This document shows, piece after piece, positions 35,822-44,239 of a stretch of DNA of 64,000 nt. The stretch lies in contig CAVXMB010000002.1 of NCBI GenBank assembly GCA_963762745.1, forward strand, positions 104,554-168,553, given 5' to 3'. Source of the stretch: an uncultured Actinomycetota bacterium (GTDB taxonomy: Bacteria > Actinomycetota > UBA4738 > HRBIN12). The notes under the pieces are model-generated. The model was given only the letters and a program-made list of their open reading frames with translations. It searched no databases and was not told the DNA's origin. The translations under genes were made by a program, and so were the position numbers. Position 1 is the stretch's first letter. Each line of letters begins with the position of its first letter.

Positions 35822-37939
35822 CTACGGGATGGAAATGGTCCCGTCGTTGCCGGCGTAAGTTACTGCGGTGTTCTCCGAACACACGCTCGAGCTTCCGAGC
35901 TGTGCCGGGGTGTTCGAGGTGTAGGTCACCCTCCAATACACCGTCGTATCGGTGGTGATCCGCACCGTCGTGTTGTTCGTCGTTGCGGACTGAGGCGCCA
36001 CACCGCTGATGGAGATCGGGCCTTGGCTGTACAGCAGGCCGGTTGCTCCATTTGCCGTGCAGTTCGCCAATGTGTCGTACAGCTTGAACGACACATTTCC
36101 GGAGAGCGTAAGGCCCGCCGGGGTAGTGGTGATGGTCGCCTTATCCTGCGGGAAGACGAACTGCCGTGTCGCGATCGACGTCGGCGCCTGGTTGACCACC
36201 ACGCGTTCGTTCGTGTCGAGGCAGTCGGTGTTGTGGGTGTCTCCGAGCGTGTTGGGCAAGTCGCCCGTGTAGGAGGCGACCCAGTGGTACGTGCCCGGAG
36301 CGTCCGGCGTGAACGACACCGGACCGTAGGAGCCGTTACCGGTCACGTTGACGCTCTGCGGGTTCGTGCCCGTTCCCGTCGCCAGGGTCGTGCAGTCCGC
36401 CTTGAAGAGGGTGAACGTGATGGATCCGGTTGCGTCCCCTCCCAGCGTTGTCGGGTTGATCGACCCATTGGTGCTTCCCGCCGGGCCACCCGTGCCGGGC
36501 TTGTGAGCCGTGTTCGTGAGTGTCGCCGTGTCCGTGACCGGCTGACCGAGGTCAACAGGCGTGGTCCCAGCCTGGGTCGCGAGGACCGATTGCCGTGGGT
36601 TCACGGTGAAGCACTCGCTGGCCCTGCTGTCGTCTGAGCCGGGCACGCCAACGGTCGCATCACCCGAGAAGACGGCTCGCCAGCAGTACCTACCTGCTTG
36701 CGTGACCGTCGCCGCAGAGGACGTGTACGTACCATCTGCGGTGATGTTCTGGGTTTGCACCGGCACGCCGCCCGTGGTGCACAGCGTCGATGAACCTGCT
36801 GCGAATGGGCCACAGAGGTTGAACGACAGCGTCGCCGTGAAGGTATCGGCGCCACCCACATCCACGACCGCCCGGTCCTTGACCAGGATCGCGGCGTCCG
36901 CAGGGTCGGCTGGGATGTCGAGCCCGCCGGCCGGGATTGCGACTCCGGCGTTATCGACCGGTGTCGTCGTTGTCGTGGAGGTGCATCCACCGATCGATCC
37001 GCGCGAGAAGTCGAAGATCGTCGCGGTGAGCGACGTCGACGAACGCGTGTCCCCGATGAAGACGTTGAAGCACTTCCCTCCCAGACCGGAGTCCGTCAGG
37101 TTGATGCCGCCCTCGAAGAACTCGGACACGCGCAGAGAATGCCCGACGCCATCCTGCTTGTTCGCAGTCAGCCACGGGATGTCGTTGAGCGTGCCACTGT
37201 TGACCTGCGCGCAGATGTCGTCGTCACCCGATGATGTCGAGCAAGCGGCTCCATCGGCGATCGAGTCCGGGTTCAACGTGCCGTTGGGGCCGCCCTCCCA
37301 GGCGTAGGCGTTGATGGTGGACACGCTCCCGCCCTGTGTGAACTCCGAGACGACGAGCACGTCACCGTTGGCGTGAGCTCCGGTGAACGCGGTCGACCCG
37401 CCACCAGACTCGCAGTTCACGGTGCCGTCCTGGAGGAACCAGAAGCCGACGTTGCCGGTTCCTGTGTTCGCGTTGCGCTCCAGAGCGAAGTACATGATCT
37501 CGTCGTTGGTAGCGGGATCGACGTACGACGCGGCGTACGCGTTCATCACATCGCTCTTGCTGAGGACGTTGTTGTCGGTGTTGCACTGCCAACCGGGTGT
37601 GATCGGCAGCGTGTCCTTGCTACCGGTGGCGAACGTCGTCGAGTCGCTCGTGCTGAAGGACCCGTTCGTGTTGGTGTTGAAGTCCCTATCGAAGCCCGAC
37701 GCATCGAAACCGGCGGGTCGGGGCGAGATCAAGGCCCCCGCTGAGTTGATGAAGTTCGCCCAGTCGAAGTCCTGCGTCGAAGCTGCATCGTCGCGGGTAT
37801 TGCCGTCGAGCTGGAACTCGAGATCGTGCACCGCGAACGCCGGCACCGCCATCAACATGACCAGTGCCGTACACGCTGCGAGCGCGGTACCGATGCGAAG
37901 CCGGCGGCCCCGCGTCAGTGAACTGAAGATACGTACCAT
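35822..37939 (-). CDS. Large secreted protein (705 aa) with Thr/Gly/Ser-rich, probably Ig-like/beta-sandwich repeats; function unknown
   Basis: AAGGAGG RBS. Signal peptide ...LMAVPAFA|VHD. Cys pairs and repeated ...T.T.T...G.Y.W.A.Y.GD... segments. No LPXTG motif seen. Confidence 0.7.
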   Translation of the reverse strand: MVRIFSSLTRGRRLRIGTALAACTALVMLMAVPAFAVHDLEFQLDGNTRDDAASTQDFDWANFINSAGALISPRPAGFDASGFDRDFNTNTNGSFSTSDSTTFATGSKDTLPITPGWQCNTDNNVLSKSDVMNAYAASYVDPATNDEIMYFALERNANTGTGNVGFWFLQDGTVNCESGGGSTAFTGAHANGDVLVVSEFTQGGSVSTINAYAWEGGPNGTLNPDSIADGAACSTSSGDDDICAQVNSGTLNDIPWLTANKQDGVGHSLRVSEFFEGGINLTDSGLGGKCFNVFIGDTRSSTSLTATIFDFSRGSIGGCTSTTTTTPVDNAGVAIPAGGLDIPADPADAAILVKDRAVVDVGGADTFTATLSFNLCGPFAAGSSTLCTTGGVPVQTQNITADGTYTSSAATVTQAGRYCWRAVFSGDATVGVPGSDDSRASECFTVNPRQSVLATQAGTTPVDLGQPVTDTATLTNTAHKPGTGGPAGSTNGSINPTTLGGDATGSITFTLFKADCTTLATGTGTNPQSVNVTGNGSYGPVSFTPDAPGTYHWVASYTGDLPNTLGDTHNTDCLDTNERVVVNQAPTSIATRQFVFPQDKATITTTPAGLTLSGNVSFKLYDTLANCTANGATGLLYSQGPISISGVAPQSATTNNTTVRITTDTTVYWRVTYTSNTPAQLGSSSVCSENTAVTYAGNDGTISIP

Positions 37940-38190
37940 TCGAGATTGCCTCCTTGGTTGGAGTTGCCTGCTGGTGCCGCTGCTTGTCCGAGTGCCGTTC
38001 GGCGCACCTCCGGCGGACTAGCTCGGATCTCTCAGAACCGGGGGAGTCCTCCTTTCGGATCGTGAGCGGGCGGCAGCCGCTCCGTCGTGCGTCGGGTCGA
38101 ACGAGGAGGAGGAACCTGCCGAACGTCGATCGGGCACGGTTACCCAGACGGGTCGTCCCACGGTCCTTCCACCCCACTTCGCGGGAATAC

Positions 38191-38232
38191 AAAAAAGGAC
38201 CCGTCTGATCACCGATCGTGATCGAAGGGTCC
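38191..38232 (-). terminator. Strong intrinsic terminator about 250 nt downstream of asd
   Basis: On the minus strand: gggaccc-ttc-gatcac-gatcg-gtgatc-agac-gggtcc followed by tttttt. Confidence 0.65.
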
Positions 38233-38481
38233 CTCCACCCCCACTTGGGGGATTCCCGGGGCCCCCAAACGGACGACGGCATAAGCCGTAGCGAGGCGGA
38301 CGATAGCAGGAAGTGCTCGGATAGGAAGTGGGTCGTTTGACCGACACGAAAGCGAAACCCCCGATGTTTGGGTAGCAGTTCATCTGAGCGTCACGCGCCC
38401 TTATCCACATGACGTGTGAGGCAACGCGCAGGCCTGGGGTCCCTGCGGATGACCTACTGCGGACGCAGGAGCCTCAGCGAC

Positions 38482-39525
38482 TCATGCAGTGGAGAACAAG
38501 CGTTCCGCGATCTGGATCCCGTTCAACGCGGCGCCTTTCCGGAGATTGTCCCCGCACGCGAAGAGAAGCAGTGAGTCGTCGTGGCCCGGTGCCTGCCGGA
38601 TGCGTCCGACCAGCACCTCGTCACGGCCCGCGGCCTCCAACGGTGACGGGTACACACCCCTGGCCGGATCATCGCGCACCTCGACCCCCGGAGCCTCCAG
38701 GAGCAGGTCGCGCGCTTCCTGAGGCGTGATCGCACGCGAGAAGCGAGCCAGCAGCGACACGGAATGGCCCACCGGCACGGGGACGCGGACGCAGGTCGCC
38801 GCCACATCGAGATCGGCGATGCCGAGGATCTTCCTCGATTCCTCGATCGTCTTGGCCTCTTCGCGGGTGGAGCCGTCGTCGTCGAACGCGTCGATCTTCG
38901 GGAGCACGTTGAACGCCATGGTCTTTCCGAACACGTCGCCGGTCGGGAGCGCGTCGAGATCCGGATGGCCGAGCTCCTCGACCTGGTCGTGGAGCTTCCC
39001 GATCTGTTCGGCGAGCTCCCGCGTTCCGTCGCGCCCCGCGCCGGACACCGCCTGATAGGAGGAGAGCACCAGCGATCGAAGTCCGGCTGCGCGATGGAGC
39101 GGCGCGAGGGCCATCATCGCGACGATCGTCGTGCAGTTGGGCACCGCGATGATCCGTGGTGACCCGTCCAGCGCTTCCGGGTTGACCTCGGGGACGACGA
39201 GCGGCACATCCGGCTCCATACGGAACGCGGATGACTTGTCGATACACACGACCCCCGTGGCCGCAGCCTCCCGCACGAACCCGCGAGCGACCGACGCGCC
39301 GGCGGCCGAGAGGGAGAGATCTGCTCCTCGGAGCGCGTCGAGGGACAGCTCCCGCACGGTGACGTCATGGCCCGCGAACGAGATCGTCCGTCCGGCGGAT
39401 CGCGCCGACGACATCGGCACGAGCTCATCGACCGGGAACGCGCGGGACTCGAGGATGCGCAGCATCTCGGTCCCCACCGCGCCGGTGGCGCCCACGACGG
39501 CGACCTTCAATCCCATGGGAGTCAC
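38482..39525 (-). CDS. asd: Aspartate-semialdehyde dehydrogenase
   Basis: VAVVGATGAVG Rossmann motif, IAVPNCTT active-site Cys region, SYQAVSGAG. About 347 aa. Confidence 0.95.
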   Translation of the reverse strand: MTPMGLKVAVVGATGAVGTEMLRILESRAFPVDELVPMSSARSAGRTISFAGHDVTVRELSLDALRGADLSLSAAGASVARGFVREAAATGVVCIDKSSAFRMEPDVPLVVPEVNPEALDGSPRIIAVPNCTTIVAMMALAPLHRAAGLRSLVLSSYQAVSGAGRDGTRELAEQIGKLHDQVEELGHPDLDALPTGDVFGKTMAFNVLPKIDAFDDDGSTREEAKTIEESRKILGIADLDVAATCVRVPVPVGHSVSLLARFSRAITPQEARDLLLEAPGVEVRDDPARGVYPSPLEAAGRDEVLVGRIRQAPGHDDSLLLFACGDNLRKGAALNGIQIAERLFSTA

Positions 39526-39558
39526 CCTACCCGGCAGACCACGTCCGGCAGTCGAGGG

Positions 39559-40176
39559 TTAGCGGAACGTCCAGGTCCCGAGGATGTCTTCGAACTCCTC
39601 GGCACGAAGGTCGAACCCCTCGGAATCGGCTTGGAGCTGTACACGCCACGCCGAGTCGCCCCGGACGAACACGATCTCCCGCACCTGCTGCTCGACCTGC
39701 CCCGCGTCGAGGACGAAGTCCCACTGGGCGGCGGCGACGCCCGCCACGCGCCGGTCGACGACCTCGCCGACCTCCATCCCGTTCTCCGTCGCAACGTCTC
39801 GCGCCGCCTGCACGACCTCGTCAAGCCCCTGTCCGGTCTGCAGCTGGATCGCCATGATCCGCACGGTCGACGCATCGGCCGGCTTGATGAGCTCGTCGTA
39901 CGGCAGGCTCGACTCCGCGGCATCGTTCGTGAACTGCCAACCGGGGGCCGCGACGCAGTAGCCGAACCGAGGCGACTCCACGGTGCTGGCGTCGCACACG
40001 CCCGGTCCGCCGAGCCACCAGAAGCCGGCTGCGACCACGCCGGCGAGCGCGATGAGGAGCCCCGCGACGATCGCGACCGCCTTGCCCGCGGAACGGGTCG
40101 GTGCGGGCGGAGCGGCCTCCTCGACGTCGACGTCGCGACCCGGAGGCGGGGGCGGAAGGGAAGGGTACGGATCCAT
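39559..40176 (-). CDS. Membrane-anchored hypothetical protein (Pro-rich N-terminus, single TM)
   Basis: MDPYPSLPPPPPGRD... then the AVAIVAGLLIALAGVVAAGFWWL TM. Coding-like codon bias. Sits between lysC and asd. Confidence 0.6.
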   Translation of the reverse strand: MDPYPSLPPPPPGRDVDVEEAAPPAPTRSAGKAVAIVAGLLIALAGVVAAGFWWLGGPGVCDASTVESPRFGYCVAAPGWQFTNDAAESSLPYDELIKPADASTVRIMAIQLQTGQGLDEVVQAARDVATENGMEVGEVVDRRVAGVAAAQWDFVLDAGQVEQQVREIVFVRGDSAWRVQLQADSEGFDLRAEEFEDILGTWTFR

Positions 40177-40181
40177 ACCCT

Positions 40182-41420
40182 CTAGTTATCGGCCATCTCG
40201 GCCGGAACGTCCAGTCCGAAGCGCGCATGCACCACGCGAAGCGCCCGCTCAGCGTCCGACTTCCTTACGACGCAAGAGATCCGGATCGGCGACGTCGAGA
40301 TCATCTCGATGTTGATCCCTTCGGCTGCGAGGGCATCGAACATGTCGGCCGCGACACCGGGCTGACTCTTCATCCCGGCCCCCACGAGCGACACCTTCGC
40401 GACGCCGTCGTCGACGGACCAGTTCCGCGCGCCCACCTCCTGCGCGATCCCGCCGATCGCGGCCTCGAGGCTCGCGACGTCGGCGATCGGCGCGGTGAAC
40501 GAGAGGTCGGTGGCGCCCTCGTGCGACACGTTCTGCACGATCATGTCGACGCTCACCCCCGCGTCCGCCACCGCCCGGAACAACATGGCGGCGACGCCGG
40601 GCTTGTCGGGAACGCCGTCGAAGGTCACCTTCGCCTCGTCGGTCTCCAAGGCGACCCCCGAGATCAGGACGTCTTCCATCTGCTCGTCCACCTCCTGCAC
40701 CCAGGTGCCGGGTGCCTCGTCGTCGAATGAGGATCGGACATGTAGCCGAAGGCCGTTCCGCCGGGCGAGCTCGACGGAACGCGACTGGAGCACCTTGGCA
40801 CCGGTCGCCGCGAGCTCCAGCATGTCGTCGTATCCGATCCGCTCGATCAAGCGTGCCTCCGGCACGAGCCGTGGATCCGCGGTCATCACACCTCCCACGT
40901 CGGTGTAGATCTCGCAGACCTCCGCACCGACGGCCGCTGCCATCGCGACGGCCGTGAGGTCCGACCCGCCGCGCCCCAGGGTGGTGATCTCGTACGCGGA
41001 GGAAAGACCCTGGAAGCCCGCGATGATCACGACGTTGCCGGCGTCGAGCGCCTCGAGGATGCGCTTGGGCCGGATCTCGATGATCTTCGCTTGGCCGTGT
41101 GCGGTGTCGGTGATGATGCCGGCCTGCGAGCCCGTGTAACTGGCCGCGCGAACACCACGTTCGTTGATCGCGATCCCGAGCAGCGCCATGGCGATCCGCT
41201 CTCCCGCCGTGAGCAGCATGTCCATCTCACGAGGGTCCGGCGCCGGGGCGATGTCCTTGGCCATCCGCGTGAGGTCGTCCGTCGTCTGCCCCATCGCCGA
41301 CACCACGACGATCACGTCGTTGCCGGCCTCGCGCGCGCGCACCACGCGGTCGGCGACGACGCGGAGCCGATCGACGCCGTCGACGGAGGTGCCGCCGTAT
41401 TTCTGCACGATGATGGGCAT
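40182..41420 (-). CDS. lysC: Aspartate kinase
   Basis: IVQKYGGTSV N-terminus, VVVVSAMG, and two C-terminal ACT domains. Followed downstream by asd, as in the actinobacterial ask-asd arrangement. Confidence 0.95.
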   Translation of the reverse strand: MPIIVQKYGGTSVDGVDRLRVVADRVVRAREAGNDVIVVVSAMGQTTDDLTRMAKDIAPAPDPREMDMLLTAGERIAMALLGIAINERGVRAASYTGSQAGIITDTAHGQAKIIEIRPKRILEALDAGNVVIIAGFQGLSSAYEITTLGRGGSDLTAVAMAAAVGAEVCEIYTDVGGVMTADPRLVPEARLIERIGYDDMLELAATGAKVLQSRSVELARRNGLRLHVRSSFDDEAPGTWVQEVDEQMEDVLISGVALETDEAKVTFDGVPDKPGVAAMLFRAVADAGVSVDMIVQNVSHEGATDLSFTAPIADVASLEAAIGGIAQEVGARNWSVDDGVAKVSLVGAGMKSQPGVAADMFDALAAEGINIEMISTSPIRISCVVRKSDAERALRVVHARFGLDVPAEMADN

Positions 41421-41454
41421 GCCGAGCCGAGCGTAGCGGCTCGGATGGGCCGGG

Positions 41455-43566
41455 TCAGCCGTCGAAGGGATCGCCGAGGCCGAGGGCCTGCTTGAGGAAC
41501 CGCACCTGGAGCAGCAGCAGGTTCTCCGCCACGGATTCCTGCGTCGTCATGTGCGTGACACCCGAGAGCGGCACGACCGAGTGGAGACGGCCTGCCTCGG
41601 TGAGCGCGCGCGAGAGCCGGAGCGTGTTCCCCACGAAGACGTTGTCATCGGCGAGGCCGTGGATCAGGAGGAGCGGTCTCACGAGGTTGGGCGCGTCACC
41701 GATCAGCGAGTTCGTCCGATACACCTCCGGCTCCTCCTGTGGGTGCCCGAGGTATCGCTCGGTGTAGGCCGTGTCGTACAGGACCTGCTCCGCATCCGGC
41801 GCGCCCGCCACCGCGGCATGGAAGACGTCCGGTCGTCTGAGGACCGCCAACGCCGCGAGGTAGCCGCCGAAGGACCACCCTCGGATCCCGACCTTGTCCA
41901 GGTCGAGGAACCCGAAGCGATCGGCCGCCGCGTGAAGCGCGTCGACCTGATCCTCGAGCACCGGGCCGGCGAGATCACGGTAGACAGCGTGCTCCCATGC
42001 GATGCCACGCCCCGGAGTGCCACGGCCGTCGGCGACGACAACGGCGAACCCCTGGTCCGCGAGCCACTGCGGCTCCAAGACGGACCGATACGACTTGACC
42101 ACGCGGGAGAAGTGAGGGCCGCCGTACGGATCCATGATCACGGGCAGCGCCGCGTCCGGCTCGGCGCCCCCGGGTGTGCACACCGCGACGCGGATGTCTC
42201 GATCGCCGACGACCGCGAACGTCGGCCGCGCCTCGATCACCGGCGTTTCGGCGAGTGAGCGGATCTCCGCGACCGGTTCGCCGGCGCGGAGCACGCGCAC
42301 TCGCCGCATCGACGGATCCAGCAGGTCCGAGACGATCACGGTGACGTCGGCGGCGCGGGCGGCGAGGTGCATGCCCGGCTCGGTCGTGAGGCGCTCGGGC
42401 GCGTCCGTCAACTCGCCGCCCGCGCCGCGCCACACGTGGAGCTCCGTCGGATCCTCCTGCGCGCTGAAGAGCACGTCCTCACCCACGTCGAGCACGGTCG
42501 AGACCTGGAGTCCCGGCGGGGTCGCGGGCTCGCCGTCGAGCGTGATGCGGCGGGTGTCCTCCGACTCGTCGACGAACACGAGCCGGCCGTCGTGCAATCG
42601 GTCCGGCACGCCGGTGACGACCGTCTGCCAGTGCTCGGCGGCGTCCTCGAAAACGGTCTGCGTCTTCCCGGAACCGGGATCGGCCTCGAGCACGAGCCAG
42701 CGTTTCTGGTCGCGTGACAGCACCAGCAGGGTGAGCGGGCACCGATCGTTCCACGTCACGTTGATCAGGTACGGGAAGGCCTCGCGATCCCAGTCGATGT
42801 CGACGCGCGATCCGTCGAGGCCGAGGACCGAGAGCGACACGTCCGCGTTGTCGGTCCCCGCCTGCGGGTAGCGAACGGCGCGCGGAGGCGAGTCCGGATC
42901 GACGGGTGACGAGATGTACCAGGTGCGCACCGCGCGCTCGTCGACGCGGGCCGCAACGATCCACTCACCGCCGGGTGACCACCAGTACCCGCGATGCCGC
43001 TCCAGCTCTTCGGAGGCGACGAACTCCGCGACCCCCCAGTGGATGTCGGGGTCGTCGTCGTGCGCGAGGACGCGGCCCGGCGCTCCGGTCGCGCCTTCAG
43101 AGAGATCCTGTACGTGCAATGCGCCATCGACGACATACGCGACGCGACGGCCGGTCGGGTCGAGCCTCGCATCGAACGCACCCTCGACCGACCCCTCCAA
43201 CGGCTCGGCACCGCCCTCGACGAGATCCGCCACGTGGACACGCCCGCCGACGACGAACGTCGCCTGGGTGAGCCCTGGATCGGCGTCATAGGTCGTGACC
43301 CCGGTGAGCTGCTCGCGCATGCGCTCGCGCCGATCCCGCTCCTCCTGCGTGAGGTGCGCCTCGTCGGCAGAAGTCGGGTCGAAGATCGCACGCTCCTCCC
43401 CCGAGGCGAGATCGAGGATCCACAGGGAGCCCTCGGGATCGTCGCCGGCTCGCGAACGGATGAAGGCGACGCGCGAGCCGTCATCGGCGATGCGGAAGCT
43501 CCGAGGCGCGCCGAGCGTGAACCTTCGCGTCCGGGCCATCTGTCGTGGGAACGAGTCCTTCGTCAA
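41455..43566 (-). CDS. S9-family serine peptidase (DPP-IV N-terminal propeller + prolyl oligopeptidase catalytic domain)
   Basis: GIRGWSFGGYLA (GxSxGG nucleophile elbow). C-terminal LLIHGLADDNV and ...GVTHM (Asp/His region). Confidence 0.9.
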   Translation of the reverse strand: MTKDSFPRQMARTRRFTLGAPRSFRIADDGSRVAFIRSRAGDDPEGSLWILDLASGEERAIFDPTSADEAHLTQEERDRRERMREQLTGVTTYDADPGLTQATFVVGGRVHVADLVEGGAEPLEGSVEGAFDARLDPTGRRVAYVVDGALHVQDLSEGATGAPGRVLAHDDDPDIHWGVAEFVASEELERHRGYWWSPGGEWIVAARVDERAVRTWYISSPVDPDSPPRAVRYPQAGTDNADVSLSVLGLDGSRVDIDWDREAFPYLINVTWNDRCPLTLLVLSRDQKRWLVLEADPGSGKTQTVFEDAAEHWQTVVTGVPDRLHDGRLVFVDESEDTRRITLDGEPATPPGLQVSTVLDVGEDVLFSAQEDPTELHVWRGAGGELTDAPERLTTEPGMHLAARAADVTVIVSDLLDPSMRRVRVLRAGEPVAEIRSLAETPVIEARPTFAVVGDRDIRVAVCTPGGAEPDAALPVIMDPYGGPHFSRVVKSYRSVLEPQWLADQGFAVVVADGRGTPGRGIAWEHAVYRDLAGPVLEDQVDALHAAADRFGFLDLDKVGIRGWSFGGYLAALAVLRRPDVFHAAVAGAPDAEQVLYDTAYTERYLGHPQEEPEVYRTNSLIGDAPNLVRPLLLIHGLADDNVFVGNTLRLSRALTEAGRLHSVVPLSGVTHMTTQESVAENLLLLQVRFLKQALGLGDPFDG

Positions 43567-43651
43567 GCGCGTCTACCCCCTGTCACACCAGCTCGGTTCC
43601 GAGGCATGGTACGGGTGAAAGACCACATCGGAGCCAGGAAGTCGGTCACGA

Positions 43652-44239
43652 GTGGAGGACCAGCGCAGCGATAGCGAGCTCCTCACGGCGTCGGCGGCAG
43701 AGCCCGGCGTGTTCAGCGAGCTGTACCGCCGCCACGCGGAGGATCTCCTCCGCTACTTCGCCCGGCGAACGCTCGACCCCGAAGCCGCGGCCGAGCTCAC
43801 CGCCGAGACGTTCGCGCAGGCCTTCGCGTCGAGGATGACCTATCGAGACACGGGAGCGAACGGCGTGGCGTGGATCTACGGAGTGGCGAGGCACCAGCTG
43901 GGCCGATTCTTCCGATCGGGTCGCGTGGACCGAGCGGCGCGGCGTCGGCTCGGCATGCCGGAGCGCGATCTCCCGCCTGCCGACTACGAGCGCATCGAGG
44001 ACCTGGTGGACTTCGTGCCCATCAGAGGAGCGATCGCGGAGGCGATGGAGACGCTCCGCGAAGATCAACGTGAAGCCCTGCGATTCCGTGTGATCGAGGA
44101 GCTCCCGTATCCGGAGGTCGCGCGGCGCCTCGCGTGCAGTGAGGCGAACGCCCGGCAACGGGTGAGCCGCGGACTCCGACGCCTCGCGTTGGTGCTGCAG
44201 GAACGCGGGTTGCACCCCGCCGTGGAGAAGGAGCCATGA
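43652..44239 (+). CDS. ECF-type RNA polymerase sigma-70 family factor
   Basis: Region 2 (FSELYRRHAEDLLRYFARR...AEETFAQAF-like) and region 4 HTH (REALRFRVIEELPYPEVARRLACSEANARQRVSRGLRRL). Confidence 0.85.
   Translation: MEDQRSDSELLTASAAEPGVFSELYRRHAEDLLRYFARRTLDPEAAAELTAETFAQAFASRMTYRDTGANGVAWIYGVARHQLGRFFRSGRVDRAARRRLGMPERDLPPADYERIEDLVDFVPIRGAIAEAMETLREDQREALRFRVIEELPYPEVARRLACSEANARQRVSRGLRRLALVLQERGLHPAVEKEP

Noticed and set aside
38025-38039. CUGAGA-containing segment (minus strand ggttctgagagatcc) resembling the TPP riboswitch core
   Set aside because: The second conserved TPP element (CCUGAUCUGGAUAAUGCCAGCG-like) is absent, and the downstream gene is a secreted surface protein unrelated to thiamine.
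38233-38280. C-rich runs (ccctccaccccca, ggggcccccaaac) on the plus strand, reminiscent of the 6C RNA
   Set aside because: The C-runs pair into stems instead of sitting in two hairpin loops. The only terminator signal (hairpin + U-tract) is on the opposite strand. Kept only as part of the generic structured-trailer finding.
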